Made by a program: the position numbers and the translations under genes | Assembly: GCA_000708835.1 (NCBI GenBank) | Contig: DF237198.1 | Coordinates: forward strand, 57,852-121,851 | Direction of reading: 5' to 3' | Length of the DNA stretch: 64,000 nucleotides | Source of the DNA: Klebsormidium nitens | Lineage: Eukaryota > Plantae > Klebsormidiophyceae | Shown: one piece after another, positions 1 to 15,900 of the stretch | Position numbering within the stretch: the first letter of the stretch is position 1 | How the letters are laid out: each line of letters opens with the position of its first letter | The notes under the pieces: model-generated | The model's input: only the letters and a program-made list of their open reading frames with translations | Database searches by the model: none | What the model was told of the DNA's origin: nothing

Positions 1-8
1 AGAGGGGC

Positions 9-1786
9 TTGCGAGACATGAGGAGTAATCTCCCTTCTGAGATGGGGCAGAAGAAGGCTCAGAAGCCCGTCAAAAAAGAGAGTGCAGAGGACTTAGCGGT
101 GAGGAGGGCGAACGAGGCAAATGAGGCATTGAGAGAGGTGGCGAACGTCGCTTGGTGGGGGCCCACAGTCCTCAGTTTGGTGCCAGGGCTCAATGGGCTG
201 GCCTGGTTTGCGGCAACGGATGCTTTCCCAACAGCTGTGGTGAGTGCTAGTTGGTTTCTCTACAAATTGCATGTCAAGTCAGGGTCCTTTGGGGTCTTGA
301 ATTTCAAAGGGAAGCAGTCACTCAACCGAAAATAAAACCACACATCCAATTTTGCGCGGTGAGGTTGGAATTCTATGCAAGAACGACCTGCGTTGATGTC
401 AGCTTTATGTCACCACAAGTCCGTACGATGCTTTGCTTCCAACCAGTGGAGCAGTTGGGTTGCAAATCGAGGCTGTTAGCTCACTGGTACCTTCTTTCAC
501 TCCGCTGTCTGCCTGTCCCTCTGAAGTGTTTGCAAGCTCGTTGCAATGTCGTGTCTATCCACACCTTCAACCTTCCTCCGGCCACAGTTGCTAACCCTCT
601 ATTTCTCCTTGCAGCAAGGTACCCGCCGCGGCGCCTTCATCCGCAATGCCCTCATCTACGGCGCTCCTGCACTGCTGTACCTCTTGTCAGCCCCGTTCCA
701 GGGGGTATCAGTCCTGGGGTATTTGAGGGGTGAGGCATGGTGGCTGTCGCTCGTGTTTGGGCTGGTGCACCTGCAACTAGAGCGGAAGGACATGGTCGAG
801 GAGGCACGCACGCGTGCGCGAGAAAGCGCACTCCCGGAGCCCGACGAGCTGGAGCGCGCGTCGAAAGAGTTGATGGAGTTCGACGCTCAGTTGTCGCGTG
901 TGGCGTGGTCGAGCGGTGAGTTGCCTTGGGCCGCATCGAGTTTGTTTGCGCAGCAAGTCGACAGGATTGTCTTTGCTTGATTTGTGGTGAGATCAGTGGC
1001 AAATTGACAAAGTTGTCCTGCGTAATCTGAGGGAGACTAGATTCTGACTATTGGTTTCGAGTTAGGGGCAGTTCGGTGCAGATTCGTCTGACATTATCTG
1101 TGCTTGATCCAGATCTGGCAGCGTTGCTTTCAAAAACTTGTCGATATTTTGGGTTCGAGGTCCTGGGGAGTTCCTATCCATTTCCAAGACCGCTTTGAAC
1201 AAGTCGTTTTCTTGTTGGCTGTTCACGAAATTGTCGAATGTGGTGCTTCCGTTCAATCCTCGACCCTTTCGTCGATCTTGGGCATGCTTCCGACAACTCA
1301 TGGCCGACAACTCATGGTCTCAGGATGAGGCTGCCTTTCACTTGCTGCAGCCAAGAACTTTGAATTCCAGGCACTCTAGCGCACAGTTGTTTTCCATTTA
1401 CCCAGGAACATATTCTTGCTGCAGCCAACAACTTCAATTCCAGGCACTCTAGTGCACAGTTTTTCCAAATACCCAGGATTTTCTTTTTTAAATGTTCAGA
1501 GTCACCAGCTTACGATTCCCTACCACCCGCAGAAACGCCGTCGAAGTGGACGGAAGCGAACGTCGGGGAGTGGCTGCGCGCCGAGGGGCTCGGTCGCTTG
1601 GTGGGCGCTTTCGCCGAGCAACACATTGACGGCTCGGTGCTTCTGACACTCAAAGGCGACGAATTGCGGGACGAGCTGGGTATCACCAGCTTGGGCGACC
1701 GAAAGAGAATTTTGGCGGCAATCGAGCGGCTGCAAGCCAAGGATAAGGAGTGGGCCGCTCGGGTTGTGCAAGAGCTGGATACGTGA
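9..1786 (+). CDS. Membrane protein with coiled coil and C-terminal SAM (sterile alpha motif) domain; 5' end probably outside the window
   Basis: Exons <=9..239, 615..915, 1533..1786 join in phase (donors GTGAGT at 240 and 916; acceptors ttgcag and ccgcag). The last exon reads ETPSKWTEANVGEWLRAEGLGRLVGAFAEQHIDGSVLLTLKGDELRDELGITSLGDRKRILAAIERL, a classic SAM signature. The N-terminal half has several hydrophobic segments. Confidence 0.8.
1344..1487. repeat. Intronic tandem duplication, 2 x ~74 bp
   Basis: gctgcagccaagaactttgaattccaggcactctagcgcacagttgttttccatttacccagga (from 1344) recurs as gctgcagccaacaacttcaattccaggcactctagtgcacagtttttccaaatacccagga (from 1418). Confidence 0.9.
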
Positions 1787-2874
1787 CAGTAATAGCTGTA
1801 TCATAGATGTTCACTCTCACTTTGATTCATTAGGCGGGCCTCTTTGTTTGGATCCCCTTGTATACTTTGACGCAAAGCTCATCATAGCATGCCGGTCAAT
1901 GTACGTACGTACGAGATCAACCCTTTGTACCCAAACAACGCTGGACACGATCGATCAACTGATATCGTTATGCAACCTTGCTTCCAACAACCGAACAGAA
2001 GAACAGGCATGGTCCCCTCCATTTCAGTAGCCCCTCCATTCGTACTGTTGCGTAGCTCTCAGAAGACTCCTATAGCAGGGCCGTGCGTCCGGTCTCAATC
2101 AATGCACATGATGCTGATCTGCATTGAGATGAATACCATGGACACATGTCAATACACGCTACGACGCACAGATGTGTGGGCGCGCAGGGACCGCGGCCCC
2201 TAGTTCAATCGAGTATATCTTGCCAGTTACGGAGTCACGTCGGACCATTTCAACAATCTACAGGCTCGCGATTGCGTTACTAGTAGCTCGGTTTCGATCA
2301 ATCATTATTGCATGCACACAAATATGTGACCTACAATTCTTTACATGAAATATTGCTGTTCATCACTGGCATGTGCTATGCAGCTATAGCGTCAAGACTT
2401 AATTAGAGAGCTTCATTGGCCCTCGATCAAATCGGGCTGCCATCCGCCATGTGCATGTGTACCGTGAGGTGCGCACACATGCAAAATGGCGGCCATAACA
2501 GAACGACACAACCTAAACTGAGCACCGGCCCCTGAATCACAGCCTCCTGCACTAAAATGCATGATACGCAATCCTCAATACTTGACGTACGGAATGAGCA
2601 TCAACGACTAAACCCAGGTGCTGCGATCCTCTTTGCGAGATAAAATTGCAAAAGTGTACCTATATTCCGTATAGTAGCTTGCGAATGTATATCATTGAGC
2701 AGCTTCAACATAGTTTCCTACAATACATCTTTGTCTTCTGGGCTAGGATTTAACAAAGGCGTCAGATTGCCCTTGGAAAAGCGACAAAGCAGGCGCACGT
2801 CTTCCTCGTTCTCAAAGAAGACTCTCCGATTTAGATGGTTTTATACAGACTTCGACCCTGTCGCCAAGCATATG

Positions 2875-6225
<3,351 letters not shown>

Positions 6226-7227
6226 AAGCGCACAAAGCAATGAAGCACCGCAACTGCGATTGCAACGAATGATGTAGCTCTACTCAGCTTCAGAACAAGA
6301 AAACTCTCTCCCTCCACTCAGCTCAAGAAAAGCTTGGATTGAGCGTACGGACGAGAAAGCAGACCTGAATGAAAAACCCTTGGATTGTATCGCTCAGATG
6401 CAATTTGTTGTGGCAGAACCTTCCAAAAGGTACGTTTGTGCTGAAGGGCAGGGGGAAGATGCATGCGACTTCAGCAGAAGGGACAAGTTTGAAGTTCTGA
6501 CATTTCAAATTTGCAATCTCAGAATCAGAAGGCTGGTTGCGAGACCAGAAATCTGCGCTTCATATTCCCTCAATTCTACCCACATCATAAGACATTTGAA
6601 TGCCTTTTCGAAGTGGGGAAGATATTTATGCCACGTCATCTTGAACGGCTACGAGGTGCCCGGTTTGCGTAGTTTCAGCACAAAACCGCCCCCGGTCCAT
6701 ACTTATCAACGCGAAAAGTAGAAGCATATCCCTCTCCAAAGCTTCAAAATCGAGAAAATAACAAGCGTTAGTAACATATGCAGGTCTACAGAAGACGCAA
6801 TGCAGCCCTCATGCAGAAGCAGTGAAGCACAAACCTTCGGCTCGTCTCAAACCTAGGCGTCCTCTAGGTATTCTAGGTTGCTTTTCAAGGCGCTTGCTGG
6901 CAACAAGGAAGTCTTTCTTGGTAGCTGCGGTCAGGTCGCTTCGTACAAATTTGGGGGGTGCAGGTTTAGCCATGTTCTGTGGAGACGCTCAGAGCGTCCC
7001 ATCAATCAAAAGACCATCAATGTTTCAGATGATGTAAGGCATGGCCTTTGTACCCCATTGTCCATCTGCAGTATCAGCAGCCCTCTCGAGTTCCGCAAAA
7101 GGTGCCGCTCATTCAAACCCACCCCCAGGCAGGATCAGTTCACTCTCAAGGACGCGCTCCATCTCTCCCACAAGGTCTAGGAACAACCCCATCTCTCCTA
7201 GGGGAAGGCAAACAAACGCCGAATTCA

Positions 7228-9177
7228 ATGGCAACATCAACCGCGGTCGCAGCAGCGACGCTGACAGGGTCACTAACCCTGCCTCCAAGATTGAGGTGCC
7301 AGAGAGACTCGAGGGCACATCCCTGCCGAAGGACTTTCAGTCGAAGCACGGGTCTCACCTCCTGTCACTTGCAGAGTTGGAGCAGTTCTCAGTTGAGGGG
7401 GAGGAAGGGCTACCAGGGGAAGCATCCTGATGGGACCACTCTGCGATCCTCGTTCAAGGGAGAAGCTGTGAGGACAGCTCCTGAAGGTCAGTCTACACTG
7501 CTAATGTGGACCAGAAAATTCGCCATTCTCTTCTCGTATCAAATGGAAGACTAGACCGGCGGTCGGGGGGCGTGATGCATGAAGGTATACTGCCGAGAGT
7601 CCGAATTGGAATGCAAGGTTCATGCAGGTTGTGTTGGATGTTCCATGTTCTCTTTGCTTGCTTCCTCCTTGGACGAGACCTGCAGCTCCTTGTTTTAGTC
7701 AAGACCGTCAGTCAGGAAGTCGTTTCACGACCTTCACAAGCAAAGAGTTTGCGAAATAGCCTTGATGTGCAGTGCATGTGCACCCCGTTCCGTGCAGGTT
7801 CAAGACCCGTCACACATCAGAAAACACTGATCGAGGCAATCCTCCCGAGTGTGCTCGTTCTTCCCAACCTCGCCCAAACAGCGCCCTCCTTCCTTGCGCG
7901 CCTGGTGGGTTTCTACGTGCTTATGCGAGCAGGCATTGCGGTACCATACAAACGCGAGGTGACAGAAGGTATGCAGCTTTTTTGCTAGCAAACCTGATTG
8001 GACGAGAGTGGTGCATTGTGCAGAAGACACATCCCCTAAAGTAAACGAGCAGACCTCTTGGATTCGGTGAAAGTCTCCCTTGTCACCCTGCAAGGTCAGG
8101 CTCGTGTGGACGCCTGTACGCTTTGCAGCTGGCACGAAGAAAATAACAATGACCCTGAAAGAATTGAGCAAAAGCTCCAAACTTTGAGGAGTGGGATGCT
8201 GGCTTGTGTGTGCTTTCTTTGATCAGATTCTGGCTGGAATGTGGTTTTACCGTGGCCCACTCTTCCTGCTGTGCAGAGGAGCAAGAGACAAAAACTCTGA
8301 GAGCAACAAAGCAATGGAAGATTGTCAACAACTACAATGGAGTCCCCTGCATACTGCGGCGAAAGTGGCGGTGCGCATCGCGGGAGGATGGTCGGAAGAG
8401 GCTGCGAATGATATGCGACGTCCTCTCAGAGGACGACACCTTCCAGATGTCAGACACGCACAAGGTATGCTGCCCCTGGTAGTTTGACGAAGTTTCCCCG
8501 CCAAAAAATCCTTGACCTGGAATCTGTTTTCGTGGTTGCGTTGGTTATTCTCAGGGACCCGTGGACGCCTTTTCTGATGTAGGTTTGAGCGTGTCTCTCG
8601 CTTATCGCTGCACTGTCTCAATGGTCTCTTTCCCACTAAAGGGTCATCAATTGCTTAGAGATGAGCACTGGATTCTGCTTCCATAGAAGGAGTGCACAGG
8701 TTTGCGAGTAACGCGTCGAGTCCTAAAATGCTTGCCATCAGAATCTCTGATTTAGTATGCTGAGGCAAACCGCTGTTCGCTACTTGGTTATAAAACGCTC
8801 GAATCAATGCAAGCACCTTCATATTTCCACCTTCAAAAATACATTGCAACCCACATTCATCCAGATTCTTTCGCCTCATCTTCTGTCTACCACGAAAAGG
8901 ACTGGTCGTCTTGGGACTGAGAATTGTTTCGAGTCTGATCGCCCCTGATGTTGCATTCATACTAGCTACCTTCGTTTCCTCCCAGGGTTGCCAGATTCGG
9001 CGTGAGAGCGCGCATTCAGAAACTGTCTCCTGCAACGGCGTGAATGCCCTGTACGATGACAACCCCTTTCCCCGTATGAAAATCGACATTGCTAGGTTCC
9101 CTGAGGGTCGGGTTGGCATGGAAGAGTACTACAAAGCCGAGAAGTTGGAGCGGGTCCTCCACAGCAAGGCGCGATAG
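7228..9177 (+). CDS. Conserved green-lineage protein, probably plastid-targeted, with a degenerate pterin-4a-carbinolamine dehydratase (PCD)-like domain; ~269 aa
   Basis: Exons 7228-7486, 7798-7968, 8277-8464, 8986-9177 join in phase. The N-terminus MATSTAVAAATLTGSLTLPPRLR...SSFKGEAVR is transit-peptide-like. The C-terminus is QWKIVNNYNGVPCILRRKWRCASREDGRKRLRMICDVLSEDD...GCQIRRESAHSETVSCNGVNALYDD...MKIDIARFPEGRVGMEEYYKAEKLERVL. Possible upstream UTR or coding exons near 6398-6934 are uncertain. Confidence 0.7.
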
Positions 9178-9940
9178 GCACGCCCTTTCTTTAGAGCACC
9201 AGCGCGAGACTCCTAGGTTGTACAGAGTCGTTTCTAGGCTCATCGGCTAGCTTGTACATATGTAGGAGATGCTGGCATAGAGAGGCTCTGCTTTTGGGTT
9301 TGGCAAGATTCATCAGACCTGCCATGCCTGTGCTGTAGAGTTCGGGTCTGTAGGGTAGTGTTTGGTGTGTTGCATACAATCCGAACCCTGCGAGACAGCT
9401 CAGACGCTCAAATTCATTGGCTTCGTGGCCGCCAGTTGTGAAACTCTTGCAGCGGCGACCGATCAAAGGGAGACAGAAGAGATCCCATGAAGCTCTCTGC
9501 GTTGATTAAGACCATACTTTTTTCTTATATCATATGACGATGACGTGTGAAGCATGCTTCAATTAGCATATTAACCGGATTGGTTGAGGTCTTGCTCAAA
9601 CCGTACATGTGGATTGCAAGTTGCACGTCGAATCCAACCCCATGCCATGCATGCAAGGTGCCCATGATCAATTGGAACGGGCATGGTGGCCTGTGCAACT
9701 CCACTTCATTTCACGTGCAGTGCAGCCATGACGGCACAAAGCAGATAATGCAGCTGAAAGCACGATGGTGCATGCAGCAGTAAAAATTTGAAGCTGAACA
9801 TTCGGTGCATTTGACAAATGCGCCTACCGGACCTGCCCAGTCAAGCGTGCAAGGCATCAATCAGCAGCCCGCCAGGACTTCTCGTTTACACTGAAGCGCA
9901 CCGTGGCTGAGTTTGTCAGCATCCTTGCAGTATACTCGTA

Positions 9941-12900
9941 TCACCGTACGTAGATCTTGAACGGCCGTCCTAGGCACTCAGAGCCCACTTTTGGATGACT
10001 TTCGTCCTCAGTATTCGTCAATTGGTGCTGATTGATTGTTGCTTGCACAATGCAGCTGGGCACGAGGGTATACTCCCCTGGAACCTGGAAACAGTGATAA
10101 ACATGGGGCGTTATGTTAAGGTCAGCAGATGAACATCCCATTAGCGCTTGAAGCAGCCGTGATTGGACAGTCGAGATGGAACACCAACAAGCGCAGCGTC
10201 CATCTTACAGACTGTGAGCACTTCATAAGCAGGCACGAAGAATGGCCTTGGAGAGGCTCTAAGTCGGCCGAAGTCGTGCGACATGATTTGCAGCGTGGGC
10301 TCACAAAAACTGTAAAGGGGAGTTAAAGACTAGTGACGACTTACCAGAAAACAGAGGGCAAACTTATGGACGTACTGCCCCCGGGGCGGGGCCTCCAAGT
10401 GCACGGCCCCCAGAGCACCGGCCCACAACACCGTGGCCTTCGAGTTGGCAGGTCGCAAGCAGTCGGTTCCCGTTACGTCTCTGCAAACCAAAGTGATTAT
10501 TCAGAAAACGCCTTGGACAGCGGGGCGCAAGCGACGCGAGCAGTCAGTCCCGTGGCGTTTCTGCGATCCAGAGTGGTCGTTTGATAAACAAACGAAAACC
10601 TTGTAGGGTCTCGAGATCTCAAAGCCGGGCGCTTTGCTGAACAGAGAACCGCTTCAGGGTGCAGTTTAAGTCAAGTAAGGTGAGTTGCAAGCTTATAAGT
10701 CGAGTAGAGGCAATATTTAGCAAAGCATCCCATGAGGCACAGCTGCTGTGAGCCAAGCAGGCGCTCCGTCCACACTTTGTTTGAGGCAGAGTACTCACTT
10801 GCACATGACGGTCAGAGCTATATGTACAAGTTCCGCCGAGTTGTTGCGGATGCTCAACTCGACGGGCGTCATCTCCCGGGCCGCGACCACATTGTGCGTG
10901 CCTTTCGAGGATGTAGGAGTCCCGTTTACCAGGGGCGATTGCTTATCTCGGTACGATGAGGCATCTGCAAAAGACAAACAGCGGTTAGTGAGCAAGGAGC
11001 CGTTCTTTAGCGGTCGTCTTCCTTCGACTGAAGCAAGTGCGACAATTGTGTCAAGAGGAGCTTGAACAAGGACATCAAGGCAGGACCCCAGGAAACAGAT
11101 GGTGGCAAATTGACGCCAGTATCAACGATCACGTGGTCACGGGCGGTGACGAGAGCAGAGTGGGGCCGGCGGGTTTGTTAGTGAGAAGAGGTTCAGGTGG
11201 GCAGCAACGTCAACCTCAAGCAAGGCCCTTTCCACTTTAGCCTGCCTAACGTGTCCGCCTCAGAACCAGACGGATCCATTCCAGGTCCCATACAACAAGC
11301 TGCTTCTATTCTTCCACCGAACCTCGTAAAAAAGGTAGCACAGAGCCCGTTGTAGCACATGGGAACTACAAGGAAAAGTTTGATCTGACGGTCCACCGCT
11401 CACCTCGTGCGATCCGGAAGGCAAAGCCCAGCAGGTCCGGCAGTAACGCGTCCAGCGACGGCCCCTGCAGCGCCTCGCGCACGGCGTCCCTCACCGGCAG
11501 CTCCCCCGTGCTGTTCAGCCCGCTTTGCCACCGCACGCTGATCTGCGCACAAAGCGCGTCCACGTACGCCTCGAAATGCGCCGCCGCTGCGCTCTCCGCC
11601 GGCGTCATCTGCCGCCCGCTCGCGCTGCGCTGCAGCACGAACTGCTTCGTGGGGGTGGCCGCGCCCGGAGCCCGACCCCCCCGGGGCACAAAGAGTCCCC
11701 GCAGCGGAATGAGCACCCGGGCGGAGCTGTCCCGGTCGATGCGCGTTGGGGGGTGTGTGAATAGGCTCCCGAGTTCCCCGTCGACCGCGTCGGCCTCCCC
11801 GCCCTCCGCGCCACGTGTCTCGACCGCGACCTCGAACACGACGTCGGTGCCGTTCCAGAGCTCCAGCTCTAGCAGCCGGATTTTGGACCCCCTGAGAGCG
11901 CCCGGAATATTCGCCCCCCGATCGTCGCTTTGGTTCCTTTTTGGGGCTGCCGCCTCGTCTGGACCGTTTTCAGGTTCCCGCAAAGCAACTTCGCCGTTTT
12001 CCAAACCAGACGTGTGACTTTCCTGCCCGCTTGTTTCGTTCGATCCGCCTACGGCACTTACTTGTGTCCGGTTTGCACCGTCTGATAAATCGGACGGCCC
12101 CCTCGAAGCTTCCGATGACGAGGCCTTTCGAGATCCGGTCCGAGATTCACCCGCAGGGAAAGCAGCAGCTGGTTGGGTGCTCTCCGGAGCGTCCAACGTC
12201 AGCAGTTTGCCCTGAACTAACACTAGCCCTCTTTGCACGTGAAGTTGTAAGGGAAGGCCTACTCTCCGGCCGGGGGTTAGCTCCCCCGCCGTCGGCTCAC
12301 CCCCTCCAGACTCCGGTTTGCCGTGCGCAGATGCTCCAGAAACCTGTGGCCAAAAGGCTGACAGACGTTGAGCAATGTCACAGAAAACTTCTGGACATAT
12401 AACAAAGAGCTTTGAAGGAAGGAACAAAAGCTGGATTCTGACAACAGAACATAAATAGGCCGGTGACGTACGAAGGAGCTGCTACAACTTTACGTTTAAA
12501 TCCACAGCAATGGTGGTCGTACAAACCTAAGGCCAGGTCGACAAACCCTTTCCAAGTCTCTCTTCAAGTCTGCGGCTCATTCCGCCAGCTCTTACAATTC
12601 AGCAGCGGTCATTCACGTTTTGATAACTGGATCGAGCAAACCAACCCTGCTCCGCAGATGCTTTTCTAGCAACCTTGAAAAACCTTGCGCTCCTTACCTT
12701 AGTCTGCTCCTCCAAAATGGTCGACAGGCCCTTCCCGTCCAACCCCTTCTCCCCGGTTGGCCGAAACACATCCCCCGCATAGTGGATTGCCAAAGTGGTG
12801 CTCGCCGACCCCGCCGACGCCCGCGCCGCGTGCGCTGGCGTGTGCCCCGTTCGGCCCATGTCTAGTTTGGTCACCGTCGGACGTCCGGCCTTGAGGCGGA

Positions 12901-15900
12901 CCGGAATGGAGACGGAAGCCCCCGGTGCGAGCGGAAGGGCGGCGGCAAGGCCCTCCTTCCCGACGTGAGTCACGTGGTCTCGGTGTTTCCCGGTGAGAGA
13001 CACGTGGGCCTCGGTCACCGGGACGACGCCGGCGTTGGTCAGGCAGACCTGCGAAATGAGGTCAGGAGGTGAGAGCTCAAAGGATGGTTCGCTGTGCTGG
13101 GGGATGGATACGTGAGCGGCAAGCGTTTTATGAGCCTTTCGACAGTCCCGTGGTCCACTGAAATGTATTTTGGTTCTAACCTGACCACGTTCGATGTGAA
13201 GCTTTCACTATCTGGGAAAGTCGGGCTGACATCTCGTATGTGGTGGATCAACAATCAAGTTTTGAAAATAACGCTCAACACTGCATGTCGAGGTCCCCGC
13301 CTGTGGTCTCCAACGCTTCTGATTTCGTTCCAACACATTACACTTGAAAACGCTGCGTTGTAAAATTTCCTTGAAACGTTAGAATGTCCTTTATGTTGCC
13401 CCGCCGGAGCTGGAGTCCAGAACACCAACCTGCAGATCCCGGACCTCCCCCTCATACAGCACCGCGGCCGCTTCTCCTCCCACAATGCTCGCTACCAACA
13501 GCGGCAAGGGGGGGACCACAGAAACCTGGACGCCCCTCTGGCCCAGCCTCTTTCGTGCCCCTTGCCCCTTGAACGGGTATGCAGACCCGTTTGCCGGCAT
13601 TGGCAGCAGCTGGGTGCCGTTGACCGTGACTTTGTCGTCGAAGCGGTGCTCGCTTAGAACCCCGAAAGACTTCACGAAGCAGCCCCGGACTGTTACCTGA
13701 GGTAAGGAGTGGAGGGAGTTTTGCCTTGACTCCGGTTACTTGATGTTCGTGATGTTCGTCCAGAATTCAGCATGATGGTTTGTCAGCTTGTGTGAGCAGC
13801 AGAAGGCCCTTTTACCTGATCAGAGGCGAGGAATTGTAAGAAAACAGTTGCGAGAGTCGTCTTGACCTCTGTAAGGTCGAAACCCGGGTTTTGGAAATCC
13901 CTACTGTCCGCATAACAATCCTGCCTGCGGTTGAAGACGAAGACAAAGCTGCACGGAAAGGCCACCACAAGAAGTGCCTGCAATGGTGCTTATGCTTACC
14001 GATACAACCTACACACAGAACTGCAACAGATGCACATCGTTGGGGCGCGACTAGTGACATAGTTACTCACTGTGCCGGACGCTCGCGGGACCCCTGACAG
14101 CGCCAGGAGGTGGCTTGCGGTGTAGGGGAGCAGGCTCAGGGACACCGGGAACGCTTCAAAATCGCCCCCCTCAACGCTCAGGAAGACGCTCTCAACATGG
14201 ACCTGCGGAGACCGGTGCTTACGTTTGTTTTGTACTGCTTGCTGTAGAAATCAAGCACGATTACGCTGCATGCACGAGCAGATGCGCAAAACTTCTTCTT
14301 TCCGGCTGGAAGTCCACTTCAAGTGTTTCAGAATAAAGGAATGACAGCCGAAGAAAGAGAAAATCAGGGACGCTGGAATCTGTCAGGCTAGTTGTGGTGA
14401 AGTGCTAACCCATGCAAGCCACCTTCGAATCATGCTTAGCGGCAATTCCTCTCCAAATAGAGACCTGGTTGTTGAAGCTAAATGCGTCGAGGTAAGGAAG
14501 CAATGAACACATCGATCGAAGCTGTTCGAGATGGAGCCAATCGCAGAAGGAAGCGTTTTGACATTACAAGGCTCGCTAGATGGCAGGCCACCTTCGCAAC
14601 GGTTCAAAATGATGGACAAGCATTCGGTTCTCAAGAGTGGTCATCCCAACCTCCACTAACCCACCTCAAACCCGCAGGGGTTTGTGAGCTCGACCACCAC
14701 CTGAGCGACCTCCCCCACAACCCACACCACCGGTTCCGCCCCTTTGGAGGCCTCTTTTTGGAAGGGCGAGTACAGGAAAGGGCCCGGGTTTGCACCGCTC
14801 CGTTCCCCGGGGGCTCCTCCCGACCGCCACTTCCCCTGCGCGTCCCTTTTCAGGGGCTGCAACAGAGGAGGGGAGTCGGACAGGATGAGTATTCAGAATT
14901 TGGACAAAGGTTAGAGAATTGGAGACAACTCTGAGTGAACGAGGGAGGCTGATTTTACTGCCGACATGGTTCGGCAACTTGACTGGACGAGTGACCTAGC
15001 GCAGGAACAATCGCAGCTATTCCGTCGCCCTTCAGGCTACACACGGAGACATATGCCTTCTTTAATGTAAGTTGCTGAAACGTACTTGCTTACTCGTCGT
15101 CGTAAACAAGTCTCCGCTGCTGTAGCGGATTGACATTTAAAACCTAGCTTTACTGTAACGAGTACCAGATCCACATCGGTAATAACTCTCTTCACGACTT
15201 CGGGCGGACGCCTAATCAGAGAATGCAAGCGAGCACGTGTCCTTCTATTCGTCCTACTTTACTAGTCTTCAAGTGAAACCACTCCGAATATCTAACTCTG
15301 GCTTGAGCTCGCTCCCCCCGAACATTGACCCACCTGCATCGGAGGCGGGAGTGGCGTCAGCCCTTGCAGCCGCACGAACGGCAGCGCGGGGTCCGTCCCC
15401 CGTGTCCCCGCCGGTAGCTTCTCCGCGGCCGCCTGCATGGCAGCCGCCAGGGACAGCTGGCCGGTCGGCGTGATGAGCGCGTAATGGTGCCGGAGCAACC
15501 GGGCGGCTGCCGTCCAGGCTGCGAGGGGATCCCCCGCCCTGACAGCTGTCGCCAGCATGTCGCCCAGAACTTCGACCTGGATGGCGCTCCACTGCCCGGG
15601 GGGAGTGCCCGGGGGGAGCAGAACGGGTGTGGAGATGGCCTTGCCGTTGACCGAGACAGGCGTCGAGTGGACTCGGTACAGGGGGCAGGTGATGAGGAGG
15701 ATCTGGAGCAGGGTGGGAAAGTTGTGAAACGCGCTCGTATGCAAAAACGAAGCGGGCAAGCGCGAAAAGTGTGCATGCTCTGAGGCTCCGACTTGCTCGT
15801 CCGTTCCCTTGCTTCGAAAAACAGTGAACGTCAGAGAAACTGCCTGTTCTTCAACCGCTTGAGCGCTGAGATCTGAGGATTGAGGCTCGCATGCAGCTTA

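Noticed and set aside
1062-1310. 82-aa minus-strand ORF with protein-like composition
   Set aside because: Lies within an intron of the SAM gene; no motif and no supporting exon structure.
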